This document shows, piece by piece, positions 27,508-40,190 of a stretch of DNA of 64,000 nt; position 1 is the first letter of the stretch, and every line of letters begins with the position of its first letter. The translations under genes and the position numbers were made by a program. Source of the DNA: Balanoglossus misakiensis (Eukaryota; Animalia; Hemichordata). The stretch spans positions 3,476,110 through 3,540,109 of the forward strand of contig CM082584.2 in assembly GCA_040954595.2 (NCBI GenBank). Direction: 5' to 3'. A model generated the notes under the pieces. The model was not told the DNA's origin and searched no databases. It saw only the letters and a program-made list of their open reading frames with translations.

Positions 27508-30500
27508 CAAAAAGTTTATATAGCGCCAAAATCCAAAATAAGAAATTTTGCCCGATGACGCTCATGGTTAAACCACACTGTAAGCTCTTTCGAACATATG
27601 AGTTTTAAGTTTAGTGGCAGGTGTTTCGAAAAGAGTACGCAGACTATAACCCTTTTATAATATGCTTTCTACACAGGCCTAAATCCAAAGGTGAGATATG
27701 GATGAAAGCAATGGTTCTTGTACTGAAGCTGATTGCAAATATTTGATGAGGTGGTTGAATAAAATTGGTGGTCGGTGCTAATTTCATGTGCGACTTTTAA
27801 CAGCTAATAAAATTGGCTTCAACAGTTAAAAGGTTTGCCTTGCCTTGTTATTTACAATGAACTCTCTCATACCCACTACTGGCAATATTTTTGGAAAGCC
27901 TTGTTGGAAGCATTTTTTACTCAGCCCGCACGAACAAGTTTTTCCCCAGGTAAAAGGCTTTCGACTATTCTTTTTTTTGCAAAAATCCTCCAGCCAGCCC
28001 CCCCCCCCCGAAATCAAATGGTCCACCCCTTATACATATACATCAAGCGAGCACCATATATAGCTTTGACAAACGGAATCACAAGCTTACTGGGTATTTT
28101 ACCTAGTTGTAAAATAAAATTAACCCTGTATAAGTTTTAGCAAAATTATTGGGAAAAATATCAAAGTTAGACCTTTTATTGTAATGTACAGTATTGAAAT
28201 CGATCAGTGTGTTGAAACCGACGTAACGTAGGTTCAAGTACAATGCATTTCTTACGTCTGTAATTTTGATCCACAACTGTAGGGGGCGTTTTACGATTTC
28301 ATCCCAAGTTTTCAGGAATTTTGCTGCTCCTAAATGTAATCAAAGAAAGATCTATCGCTACTGCTGGGTGCTTATCGCGACCGAACAGTAAAATTGCGTC
28401 AATTCTAATGTTTACAAACCGAGACACAGGGCAGATCAGCGGCAAATTCATTACGCGACAAGCAGCTGTCCACCTGGAAATTTAGTTGTCATTCAACGGG
28501 TATTGCGCCTAATTTTAACCCGGAGAGTAGCTGTTTGTTCAACTACCTACCAAGCGAACAGCCCGGCCTGCAGTCCAGTGCACTGAATTATCATACATGC
28601 ATCGCCTGTATTTGGTACTTTCTATTGTTCTCGTACACGAACTATTTTTGAGAACGCGCTGAAATCATCACACAGCTGACTCAGTCATCGGCGCGGCAGT
28701 TCGCTGTGCACGCGAGCGACATACGGGGTATAGGACTCTAGTGGACAAGGGTGTTGTAAAATTCGGTTATTAGAAGCTGGAATACAGTTTTCAAAGCTGG
28801 CGGTATTGTCATGTTGAATGTATTATTTTTACTTCTTCGGAATGCGAAATAATTGTTAACATGATATTTTGAAAGAGAACGTAGACAATTTTATTTAGAA
28901 TGTGGATGTGCCCATCGTAGTGAGAGCTGCCAACCCCCTTAGAATAATACTATGGCCTACACGATGATCACCTGATCGCATCGCCCTGTGGCACTACTGT
29001 CGTGATCCCAGGGCGCCCGGTTCAAATTTCTGGCCGTGTAATGGTTTTTCTCGGCGCATTTTCGCTAATCGTACTGTTTTATAGGTAGGCATATATGATC
29101 GCAGCGAGTCAAAATACGGACATCACGAGAATGCGTCGCGTTATCGACCAAAATTCGTGTAATAACCCCTAATTATTGCAGTTGTCTTGAGCACCATACT
29201 GTGGTGTGGAATGAGGTAGGCCTAAGCATATAGACCACTGCAAAGAAAAAAGTCAGGGCTGGCAACAGAAGAGAATTTGTGGTCAGATTGCCTGAAACAT
29301 GAAAGGGCTTTTACTATTACACCTTTCAGGATTTCGATGAGACAATCATTATTTGTCAACCTTCAACTGTTCCTTTCTTCCTGATTGGGTCAGGGGATTT
29401 TTTTTTTCACACTCAGCGGAAAGTGTGTCAGAACTTTGTACACGACACGCGCGCGCTCATTAAAGCCCCCTGCTCACCCTGTGAATATTTAATTATTATA
29501 TATAATTCCCCCGTATTTCGAACGAGTGTGCCCGCGTCGCGGACGAGTGATTCCCCGTATAGCGGCCGTATCCCTCCTCGCCTGCGAGGACCCGTCTGTC
29601 GTGCGTCAGCTGGATTTCATCGTCCGTCAAGGTTTCACTGGAGCAGGAAACCTTTCTTATGCCTTTTGCTTCATGACTAGACCGTTTTGCTCTAATCGTC
29701 GCATCAAAATTTTTGCGAATACTCAGTTTTGTATCTGTCGCTCGTTCGACAACGCGACGACATTGGCTCAGCACTGACGACCTCGCGACAGTTTTGGTGC
29801 CGGTTGGTGCGATAAAAATGTACACAGGTAAAACTAATCGTCGATCGTCCATATTTACACATACGAAACATTTTATTTATCTTTGCTTATTTTTTAATAT
29901 CGAAATAAAACCAACAATTGCACTGAATTTTGTCGCCCAAAGAGGACTTTGTTTACAAGTTTAAAATAGTTCCGTTTGGTGACGTCAGAGGGATGGGTAT
30001 TACAATAACGCTTGGTGCAAATTTACCTACGTCTGACGTCATACTATGGTATATGCGGAGCTATGTATGTGATAAAATTGAAAATAATGTTCGTTCGTCT
30101 TGATGAGCCCATTTAAGTCGAGGAGGCAATTTCTACGGCAAAGAATTCGACGTTTTTGCCAAGTGTTCAGTGTTAGTTTTGACGTCAATCTTTGGTCTCA
30201 GGATGGATATACTGCATTCATATTTGGATTCCTTGCTTATCTTCTCGATTTCCATCTTGGTCTGTTCGGCGATCTCTTTCTGCGTCCAGGGACAGTACAC
30301 CTTGGGCCACATGTTTGGTGTGAACAACTACTCGTAGAATCCACCTTTACCGATGCCAGTCTGGAAAAGAAGAAGCGCGTAGAGTTATGCACTTGAACAA
30401 TAGTGACAAAGGTCATAGTAGTAAAAACGCCGTATCGCAAATAAGACCCAAGTATGGACGTACCATGACGCAACAAAAGTTGCAATACTTATTGCATAAA

Positions 30501-30508
30501 TTATTAAA

Positions 30509-30546
<38 letters not shown>

Positions 30547-31608
30547 AACGATAAATTATAGGTATACGGTCACCTATGGAAAATTGGCTATAGTAACCAT
30601 GACGAATTGAGATATAGCCAATCATAGATATTCAGTGGGTGGCACACGCGAAAAAAGCGCCACCATATGTTCTTTAGAACTCTCACAATTTCAGCCAAAT
30701 ACGGGCGTATGTAAATTAGAGGTGAATGTATATACCTTTACCATCCAGAACACATGCCTATGTGCGCCGATTATAAGCAACTTATCAAAATAGCCACTAA
30801 ATGAAGCTAGCAAAACTGAACAATATTGCTGGTCTTGATTAATTGTCATGCGCGGGCAATGACAAATGCGTCTACCGTTTAAATAATGTATATTTAGATT
30901 TGGTGTACAAGCTGCGAGCCATGCGTTTTAAGTTTGTCGAGGGGCGCGACTCCGAGCCATTACATCACTCTCAAACTGGACACGACATTGTTATAGTACT
31001 TCTGGAATTTGGAGTTGAACGTACCAGTTATCAGGTTTACTCAGGGGCAAAGATAATACAGCTGGTCTGAAGCGCCGAAGCGGTCTCGTTCGGTATTTCC
31101 GAATGAATAATCGGTTGATTGTGAAAGCACTCTTCGAACAGGTCACGGTATACAACAGGTGAGTGAATGTGTTAACCTTGGAGAGTACATAATTATTGAG
31201 AGGAACATGTTGATCCAACTTCTTGTTTTTATTTAAGATAGTGTAGCATGCAAATCGAAAATCAAAGTATTATACTTGTTTCTTATATTTTATACAGCGA
31301 TTCTTTTTTAAAAAATTGGGATGTTTAGTTTCTGAAGTAACGTTAATCATGATAATAACGTATGTGTTACACCGATCGTATCAAGATACGATGGGAAAAT
31401 GTCTTTCCGGTCTATCGTCATTTTTTCTGCGCTTACAGGTAGAGATGTTTACCTGATTGTACATCGGTACGCCCCTGATTGAATGACGCGTGTTCATACA
31501 ACTCGTTCATCGACATTCTTACGTTTTCCCCTTCACAGCATAAAATCAACTCTGTGACCCTCACACTGTGATCTATCAAGACGTATTGTCCGCTGTTCAA
31601 AGGGCACC

Positions 31609-34600
31609 ATGTTCTCGGCCTTGGAATCTCGCCTCGTCGCAATTTTCGCAGGGATGTTGTTTTGTAAGTATACCGTTAATATAAATGCCTTTATTCTGAT
31701 TTAGATGTTGAAAAGGATGCATGGGCTTCATTTCATTTGTACATGTAACTGTGGTCTATATATGATCACAGACAATACATCACGATTTGCAAAGACGCCA
31801 ATGGATCTGACGCTTCATGAGAAATTACCTATCTCCCCAAATGTCCAATGCAGGATTAACAGTTGATCAATGGATTTTGTACACGAGAAACAGTTGTTTT
31901 TAAAAAGTCGCAAAAATGTCAGAGTGAAACTAAAATACAAATTTTATCATTTTCAGCAGTCTATTATGACGTATGTCACAGTACAGACATGATAACAGCT
32001 TTGTATCGCATCAAAAAATTGTCTGCAAGCAGGGACTTAGGAGATGCGCTCAATGACAATTGTAAAAGTCGCTCCCAGTGGCTATTGCATAATTTCACGA
32101 CCGTTTTCTTAAACATATTGTTTGACTGACTGACTGACTGACTGACTGACTGACTGACTAATTGACAGTCTGGCTGAATGAACGAATGAATGAATGAATG
32201 AATGAATGAATGAATGAATGAATGAATGAATGAATGAATGAATGAATGAATGAATGAACGAACGAACGAACGAATGAAGGAAGGAAGGAAGGAAGGAAGG
32301 AAGGAAGGAATGAATTAATGAATCGGTCGTTGATATTGATTAGACCGATTCCACTTTTCTCTCGACCACTCTCGACCAGTTTGCAGCTTCCAAGTCAATG
32401 CTTCGGAAGACTTGAATGCCATAGCAACTAACCTTCGTTCCATTTTGGAAAAACGTTTCTCCGAAAATCGCAATCACGATGTCAACCCCGAAAACAAGGA
32501 CATCACAATTGATTACATCAGAGACGCCTTGAAAGGGTACGGGCTGCAGGTTGAATTAATGCAATTTACTGGTGAAAATAATGCGGTGAGTTTTGGGCGG
32601 AGGGGTTGTGTGTGTGCTCCGTGTGAACAGCTGGGGTTTGGGTTATTTAAGCACGGCCACAGTTACCTCCGGTTGCGCGTCGTTGGGGGGGGGGGGGCAC
32701 GTAATAGTCCGTGACACTGAACTGCCCGTGCCTCATTGTAAAACGCCCCGAGGCTATCGATGTACGTGTAGATGATGGAGTACTGCAGATGTACATGTAT
32801 GTGTACAGTGACATGAGTATGAAGAAGTATATTGACATATCAAATGGCACTTTCACAGCCCGTATTTTCGCGACCCATTTTCACATGTACAAGTCTCTTA
32901 AGAGAAACGACTCGGAAAAAATAACCCAGCCTTCCAGTTTAATTTGTAAAGTCTGAAAGCGAAAATAATACAAACAGTTATTGAGCTGTATTTTATATAT
33001 TACGCAGTTCAATAATGTTTGCCTCCAAAACTGGACTAACACTATCACGCTTTACGCATATCTTGTGGCATGCGCATTGATTCACAGTACAATGGTACAA
33101 ACGTGATCGGCGTGCTTCCGGGGAAGATGCGCGGCAAGGCAGGCGACAAAGTTCTGGTCTTGGGGTCGCACTTTGACACCGTCGCATCGACACCCGGAGT
33201 TGACGACAACGGCTCCGGCATGGCCGCGTTCCTCGAAGCAGTTAGACTAGTGGCGCGAGAAACATGTCGTCTCACAAACACTATAGTGTTCGTAGCCTTC
33301 GACCTCGAAGAATTAACACTTCAAACAGGTTGGTATACACTGAGTCTCTTGTCTATGTTTAAAGCTTGTAAAGTATTAAATAATATGGATATGAAACGAA
33401 GCACAGGATCTTTCATTGTCCTGTTTGTTATGATTTTTGAAATACGCCTTCTTACTTGTATATGATTCATTGAGGTTTTACCACAAACAATTAAATTTTG
33501 AAAAAAGGTTAATTACTAAAACTTTTAATTAGTTCCCTACCTTAATCGCCGAAGAACTATAATATAGTCATCACATTCAGTGTTCAAACAACAGTGTACA
33601 TGTATACTTTCCTGTAAATATATGTCGGTAATAATTTTATAGGAAATCCACATGTTTACATCAATAGGGCAAACACTTGCACCATAAGTCACGATTGCTT
33701 TACCACATCTTGCAAAAGGTTGTGAGCTATTGTAGCTTTGTCCCACAACACCATTACTATATGTTTGTCAATTTGTGAACAAATAACCGAAAAGAAGAAA
33801 CAAATTTATCTCTGTATTATCTGCAGTTGGAAGCGATCACTTCGTAAAGGAATGGCTGATGCCTCTCCTGGCCAAAGACGACGGCACCAAGGGCACCTTC
33901 CAGGGCGCCATTGTCTTGGAAACCCTCATGAATTTCAATGCCACAGATCATGCGCAAACGCTACCGACAGGGTTTGAACTGGTAAGTATACCCTCTCACA
34001 AAAACAAGTCTCAGCTAAAAAAAAACGTGCGATACAGACACTGTACGCTTGTTATACACACATTTAGTTTCCTACAAAATAAGTATGAGATTATGTCTTC
34101 CGAGGCATTTCCGGAGATACACAAGAAAGTCGCTGCACGAAACTTTGCCGGTGACTTCGTCGCAGTTGTTGGCAGGGCGACCGATGACTCAGAACTGATG
34201 TCTGGCTTCAGTGACCAGTGGAACGAACTCAGCCATGACGCCTTCCTGGAGGAAACTGTTGCGCTTCCATTTTCTGGCAAGTGTCGAATGAGACGAAAGC
34301 CCAAATCGATACTCTCATGTGTATTTGTTTGGGTGGAAAATGTCACCGCAATGAATCATGCCGATGTGAATAACTTTTCTTCTAGTCATGACTTAATTTA
34401 TGGTTGCCATTGTATATTCAGTTTGACTGGCATGACGTTTGCGCTTTACTTCTGCAATGTTGGCCTATTCATATCAATTAACGTTGACGCCTAATTTTAG
34501 TTTATCACTTAGTTTGAGCCAATGACGATCGCTCTGAGTCTAAAAACAAATGAAGTGAAATACAAAAGCTCGGGAATATTTGAATAAATGGCAAAATAAT

Positions 34601-35621
34601 TGCCATACGTGTATGTCTGTCTTCTAAATATTATCCGACCCACCTGTCTGTCTGTCTCAATTATTTTGTATGATCATAAACGCTGGCATGCATAGTTATT
34701 ACCCAAAACGTGACCTTAATCCAATGTATATGCATGGTCGTTACATTTGTTTTTTCAGGTGTACCCACTGAGCAAGATTACATGATATTCCACGATTTCT
34801 TCAGAAGCGATCATAGATCGTTTTTGTTCAATGAACCAAATTCACTGAAGGCGATTATGTTAACGGACACAGGTAAGGTCAAGGAAAAATAATGAAACAT
34901 TGATTGTATCTGGCTTATAGCCTTCGCCATTGTGGATGCCTTTTTATTTCCCATTATATATCTGGAAAGGTGTGTGGCTATATGGCTTGACTTTATAGGA
35001 AATGTTGACACAAATTATTTAATATGAACTGACTATGATATGTTCTATTTCGCACTGGTGATATGCAAATGAACTAAGATCATATAGCAATATATCAAAA
35101 TGAAAAATTCAAACTATTTTAAATCCAAATTGTCATCACAGCCAATATAATACCTAATATAACTCTCACCGTGCTTTTTATACGCCCGCAGAATGTCTAG
35201 CCATGTTCAGTACGGTCTGTTGTAATAGCCACTTGGTCTTTTATATGTTCAGTATTTTAGCAGTTCGTGTGCAAATATTACCTATCAAACTAGAACTGAA
35301 TATTAAGAACAGCGAACCGAGGTGATTATTTGACATTCTGTATTGCAATTTTGAATACAGTGGTGCCAGTTGTGCAAACGAGCCTAAAAGTCTAATACTG
35401 TCGCAAAGTGTGTATGTAATGTTCCAATCTGCCTCATTGTATTCTTTCTCACAGCCTTCCTTCGAGGTAATATGATTCAATGTTATCATCAAGAGTGTGA
35501 TGACCTGATCACTATTACCGACGAGAAAATGCTGTTCCTGGCCAAAATAACACGCAGTGTGGTAAACATTTTAAAAGAACGTGGAGACGACGACCCTAAT
35601 GCCAACTGCAGTGGTTTATAA
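31609..35621 (+). CDS. Secreted M28-family zinc metallopeptidase, ~369 aa; exons 31609-31663, 32380-32585, 33088-33328, 33827-33981, 34105-34276, 34759-34872, 35455-35621
   Basis: Open 1110-nt spliced CDS with consistent phases. Hydrophobic N-terminus. M28 motifs NVIG, GSHFDT, GVDDNGSG, FDLEE, LETLMN, RSDH and CYHQECD. Intron 5 uses a GC donor (G|GCAAGT). Confidence 0.88.
32123..32320. repeat. Compound microsatellite (TGAC)n(TGAA)n(CGAA)n(GGAA)n
   Basis: Directly visible; intronic. Confidence 0.95.
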
Positions 35622-36419
35622 GGTAATCAATGAATCAATCAATGAATCAATCACTCAATCAATCATTCATACATGTATCTTTCAATCAATCAATCATAAA
35701 TGTATCTTTGGCATTTTAATCAACAGAGAGTGTTTAAGGACAGCACAATATGCAGCTCTTACGTTTTGTCCAGCTCTGTTGTTGAAGCTACAGGTGACAA
35801 GGGGATCCTTGAGAGTGTGGTACTACGGCGCGCCAAGTGTTTCAAAATTATTTATCATTATTTTATAGAAAATTGATGTCTTTTAACAAAAAAAATACGT
35901 AAAAAACACAAAAAACTGATTGGTGGTTTAAAAAACAACGAGTGTAAAAAGTAATCCATCGTGGAGTCAAAAAAAAACAAAAACAACAAAAAAAAAAAAA
36001 ACACTAACACACACAGAAGAAAATCTCACCTATTGTAAAAAAAACCCACCAAGCTCACCAAAAAATACGCCCACAAGGCAGTTGAAAAAAAAAATCACTT
36101 ATGTGTCACAAAAAACTACGCGCACATTTTTCACGAAAAACGCACACTTCATCCCCACAAAAAATACACACAAAGTATTAAAAAGAACACTCTTTGAAAA
36201 AAAAGAGATGCTACAACTTGAAAAAAATGCATACCCCCAGAACAAACAACACAGGCAAACATAGAAAAAACACGAACATGTTAGCCATAAAAAACGGAGA
36301 TATTTGTCACCGAAAAAAAACCCCGCACTCATGTCACCCTAAAACTAACGGACCACTTTTAAAAACGCAGATGCACTGAGGTTGCAAAAATAAGCACATT
36401 TCTAATCCCCCGAAAAAAA

Positions 36420-36815
36420 AACAGGCAATTTGAAAAAAACGCACAGCAATTTGCAAAAAAAAAAAAAAATAGGAACATTTGTCACCCAAAAAAACCCAGG
36501 CAATTTGAAAAAAAAAAACGCAGAGCAATTTGCAAAAAAAAAATATATAGGAACATTTGTCACCCAAAAAAACAAGCAATTTGAAAAAAAAAAACGCAGA
36601 GCAATTTGCAAAAAAAAAAATATAGGAACATTTGTCACCCAAAAAAAACAGGCAATTTGAAAAAAAAAACGCAGAGCAATTTGCAAAAAAAAAAAATATA
36701 GGAACATTTGTCACCCAAAAAAACAGGCAATTTGAAAAAAAAAAACGCAGAGCAATTTGCAAAAAAAAAAAATAATAGGAACATTTGTCACCCAAAAAAC
36801 AGGCAATTTGAAAAA
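36420..36815 (+). repeat. ~75-80-bp tandem array in the left foldback arm (5 units)
   Basis: Unit CAGGCAATTTG(A)nCGCAGAGCAATTTGC(A)nTAGGAACATTTGTCACCC(A)n; five GGAACATTTGTCACCC cores counted. Confidence 0.9.
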
Positions 36816-38574
36816 AAAAAAACACGATATAAAATTTGAAAAAAAAATATATAGGCATATTTGTCACCCAAAATATTCAGGCAGATCCAAGTTGTAAAAA
36901 ATGGTATATTTGTCATCCAAAAAATAAAACAAGCGTGTTTAAAAAAACGAGCATTCAGTTGTAAAAATAAATAATAGTCTTTAACAACTTGAAAAAAAAA
37001 ACGGACGCACTTGAAAGAATAGCGTATGCGCATGCGCCGAAAAAAAATGAGTGAGAAATGCGCTCCAAAAAAAAAAGTGAGAGATTTTGCTAGAGGAGTC
37101 TGGGTAATCTTAAAAAAAAAACAGAGTGTGAAAATAAGTTGACTCGAAGAAGAGAAAAGAAAGGGGAAACACACAAACCGTCACACAGGACAAACAACAG
37201 TCTCCTCATCGCCGAGGCGTACGCGTGATGATATGACAAGTGTTTACGTCTGTGAGGTGGTGTGTGTATGTGTCGGATAGAACGCGAGTCGACTAGAATC
37301 CGAGTCGACTGAAGGTTACTGTGGTGGACGCGAATATGTGGTCGCCATTGTGGGATTCCTTCGTGAAGGAAGTGAAGCAACTTGTTCGGGACCACATAAA
37401 CATGATACCGTCATGATACCACACAGTCAAACATGACACCACTGGCACTACGTCCGCGGTTTGCTATTCTAGATTTGGTCTACAGAAATCGTGAAATTTG
37501 TAGCATAATCATCTGTGATGTAAGACAAATCTAAACCCCAAACGGCAGAACTGAACGTTGCCCATAACGTAAGAGTTGGCATGGTGCCCACAACTAATAC
37601 TGTCTTCTGTGCAGTACTAGCGAACTATACAAAAAATCAGCTCAGTTTTGACAACTTATAAATATTGGAAAAAAATATTTTATTTAGAAACTGTTTGTTA
37701 TTTGTTGTATTTTTCAAAGTGAGGTATGAATGACCTTCGGGAAATCGTTGTCATGTGTATGAATTCACCGCAAATCGTTTGTTTACATTTGGCTGGTAAA
37801 AGGTCAAATACCCCAAAGGAGTCGCTCAGTCCATAATTAGTTGATCGTCTCCGCGTCATCCGCGTTGAAACTCTGTGTACTGTACAAAAGAATATGGAAA
37901 GTTATTGTACGTTTCAGCATCACAGGTTACAGCAGGAGTTGTTCATAATGACAGTTCGTTCGACCATGTTAAACGCAACGCTCCGGTCATATGTGGTCCC
38001 GAACAAGTGGCTTCACTTCCTTCACGAAGGAATCCCACAATGGCGACCATATATTCGCGTCCACCACAGTAACCGTCAGTCGACTCGGTTTCTAGTCGAC
38101 TCGCGTTCTATCCGACACATACACACCACCTCACAGACGTAAACACTTGTCATATCATCACGCGTACGCCTAGCGATGAGGAGACTGTTGTTTGTCCTGT
38201 GTGACGGTTTGTGTGTTTCCCCTTTCTTTTCTCTTCTTCGAGTCAACTTATTTTCACACTCTGTTTTTTTTTAAGATAACCCAGACTCCTCTAGCAAAAT
38301 CTCTCACTTTTTTTTTTTTGGAGCGCATTTCTCACTCATTTTTTTTTTCGGCGCATGCGCATACGCTATTCTTTCAAATGCGTCCGGTTTTTTTTTTTCA
38401 AGTTGTTAAAGACTATTATTTATTTTTACAACTGAATGCTCGTTTTTTTTAAACACGCTTGTTTTATTTTTTGGATGACAAATATACCATTTTTTACAAC
38501 TTGGATCTGCCTGAATATTTTGGGTGACAAATGTGCCTATATATTTTTTTTTCAAATTTTATATCGTGTTTTTT

Positions 38575-39295
38575 TTTTCAAATTGCCTGTTTTTTGGGTG
38601 ACAAATGTTCCTATTATTTTTTTTGCAAATAGCTCTGCGTTTTTTTTTTTTTTTTTCAAATTGCCTGTTTTTTTGGGTGACAAATGTTCCTTTATATTTT
38701 TTTTTTTGCAAATTGCTCTGCGTTTTTTTTTCAAATTGCCTGTTTTTTTGGGTGACAAATGTTCCTATATATTTTTTTTTGCAAATTGCTCTGCGTTTTT
38801 TTTTTCAAATTGCCTGTTTTTTGGGGGTGACAAATGTTCCTATTTTTTTTTTTTCTTTTTTTGCAAATTGCTCTGCGTTTTTTTTTCAAATTGCCTGTTT
38901 TTTGGGGGTGACAAATGTTCCTATTTTTTTTTTTTTTTTTTGGAAATTGCTCTGCGTTTTTTTTTTCAAATTGCCTGTTTTTTTGGGTGACAAATGTTCC
39001 TTTATATTTTTTTTTTTGCAAATTGCTCTGCGTTTTTTTTTCAAATTGCCTGTTTTTTGGGGTGACAAATGTTCCTATATATTTTTTTTTGCAAATTGCT
39101 CTGCGTTTTTTTTTTTTCAAATTGCCTGTTTTTTGGGGGTGACAAATGTTCCTATTTTTTTTTTTTTTTTTTTTGCAAATTGCTCTGCGTTTTTTTTTCA
39201 AATTGCCTGTTTTTTGGGGGTGACAAATGTTCCTATTTTTTTTTTTTTTTTTTTTGCAAATTGCTGTGGGTTTTTTTTCAAATTGCCTGTTTTTT
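38575..39295 (-). repeat. Same tandem array in the right foldback arm (9 units)
   Basis: Nine GTGACAAATGTTCC cores counted. Confidence 0.9.
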
Positions 39296-39999
39296 TTTCG
39301 GGGATTAAAAATGTGCTTATTTTTGCAACCTCAGTGCATCTGCTTTTTTTTAAAGTGGCCCGTTAGTTTTGGGGTGACATGAGTGCGGGTTTTTTTTCGG
39401 TGACAAATATCTCCGTTTTTTATGGCTAACATGTTCGTGTTTTTTCTATGTTTGCCTGTGTTGTTTGTTCTGGGGGTATGCATTTTTTAAAGTTGTAGTC
39501 TCTCTTTTTTTTCAAAGAGTGTTCTTTTTAATACTTTGTGTGTATTTTTTGTGGGGATGAAGTGTGCGTTTTTCATGAAAAATGTGCGCGTGGTTTTTTT
39601 GTTACAAATTAGTGATTTTTTTTTGCAACTGCCTTGTGGACGTTTTTTTGGGTGAGCTTGGTGGGGGGTTTTTTGACAACAGGTGAGATTTTCTTCTGTG
39701 TGTTTTTTGTTTTTTGACTCCACGATGGATTACTTTTTACACTCGTTGTTTTTTAAACCACCAATCAGTTTTTTGTGTTTTTTACGTATTTTTTTTGTTA
39801 AAAGACATCAATTTTCTATAAAATAATGATAAATAATGTTGAAACACTTGGCGCGCCGTAGTGGTACAACAGAGCCAATTTACGAAAAGCTCATCATATG
39901 TAGTACGAGAATGATAATATTAAAAGACACTAAAAAGCCAACGTCATCTTTTTAGTCTTATTGTAGCATTAAAAAGTGTGACATGCTGAATGTTGACAG

Positions 40000-40190
40000 G
40001 CTTTGAGCCACCTGCGCACGTGATGAGGAGAAAGGCGGCGTGTTTTACCTATGCTTTGCTTTGCTTGGTCTTTTCTGTCTGCGTTCTGTTGTTGATATTG
40101 CAATGGAGAGTCTCATCCAATATCGCGCTTAAAGCGAGCAGAAGCGTCTTACATCGTCTTACATGTACAAGGAACTGGAGTTATGGCTGA
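40000..40190 (+). other. Candidate orphan exon encoding a transmembrane helix
   Basis: GACAG|GC acceptor (weak pyrimidine tract), then GFEPPAHVMRRKAACFTYALLCLVFSVCVLLLILQWR...*. Gene assignment uncertain. Confidence 0.35.

Larger units (their letters stand above)
25849..27682 (+). pseudogene. Secreted single-domain pentraxin, disrupted (exons 25849-25909, 26464-27280, 27677-27682)
   Basis: Signal peptide MMSGMVGLILVTVVACVSAQ; ATVCLWVK; pentraxin signature WHHLCITWES; LVLGQNQ; FIGTMSGFNLWSRVLS. Interrupted by a MITE at 26640-26847. After removing the MITE there is still a TAG at 26889 and a frameshift before 26918. Confidence 0.8.
35823..39861. mobile_element. Foldback-type non-autonomous DNA transposon, 4.04 kb, 5-bp TSD TGGTA
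   Basis: TGGTA|CTACGGCGCGCCAAGTGTTTCAA ... TTGAAACACTTGGCGCGCCGTAG|TGGTA. Inverted arms at 35823-~37397 and ~37989-39861 enclose a ~590-bp non-coding core. Confidence 0.92.

Noticed and set aside
28990-29040. tRNA gene suggested by a GGTTCAAAT B-box-like motif
   Set aside because: No cloverleaf could be built; at most a SINE-like remnant.
33859-34494. Single 211-aa ORF as an independent gene
   Set aside because: It is two M28 exons joined by a 123-bp stop-free intron, plus read-through past the GC donor.
36420-39295. Regularly spaced ~77-bp repeats resembling a CRISPR array
   Set aside because: Whole units repeat and vary only in homopolymer length. There are no unique spacers, no cas genes, and the context is eukaryotic.
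36082-39723. Many Phe- or Lys-rich ORFs up to 253 aa
   Set aside because: They are translations of the poly-A/poly-T tandem arrays in the foldback arms, not proteins.
35821-39863. CACTA/EnSpm classification of the foldback element
   Set aside because: The left end would read TACTA and the flanks give no 2-3-bp TSD. The 35823-39861 boundary gives a perfect 5-bp TSD.
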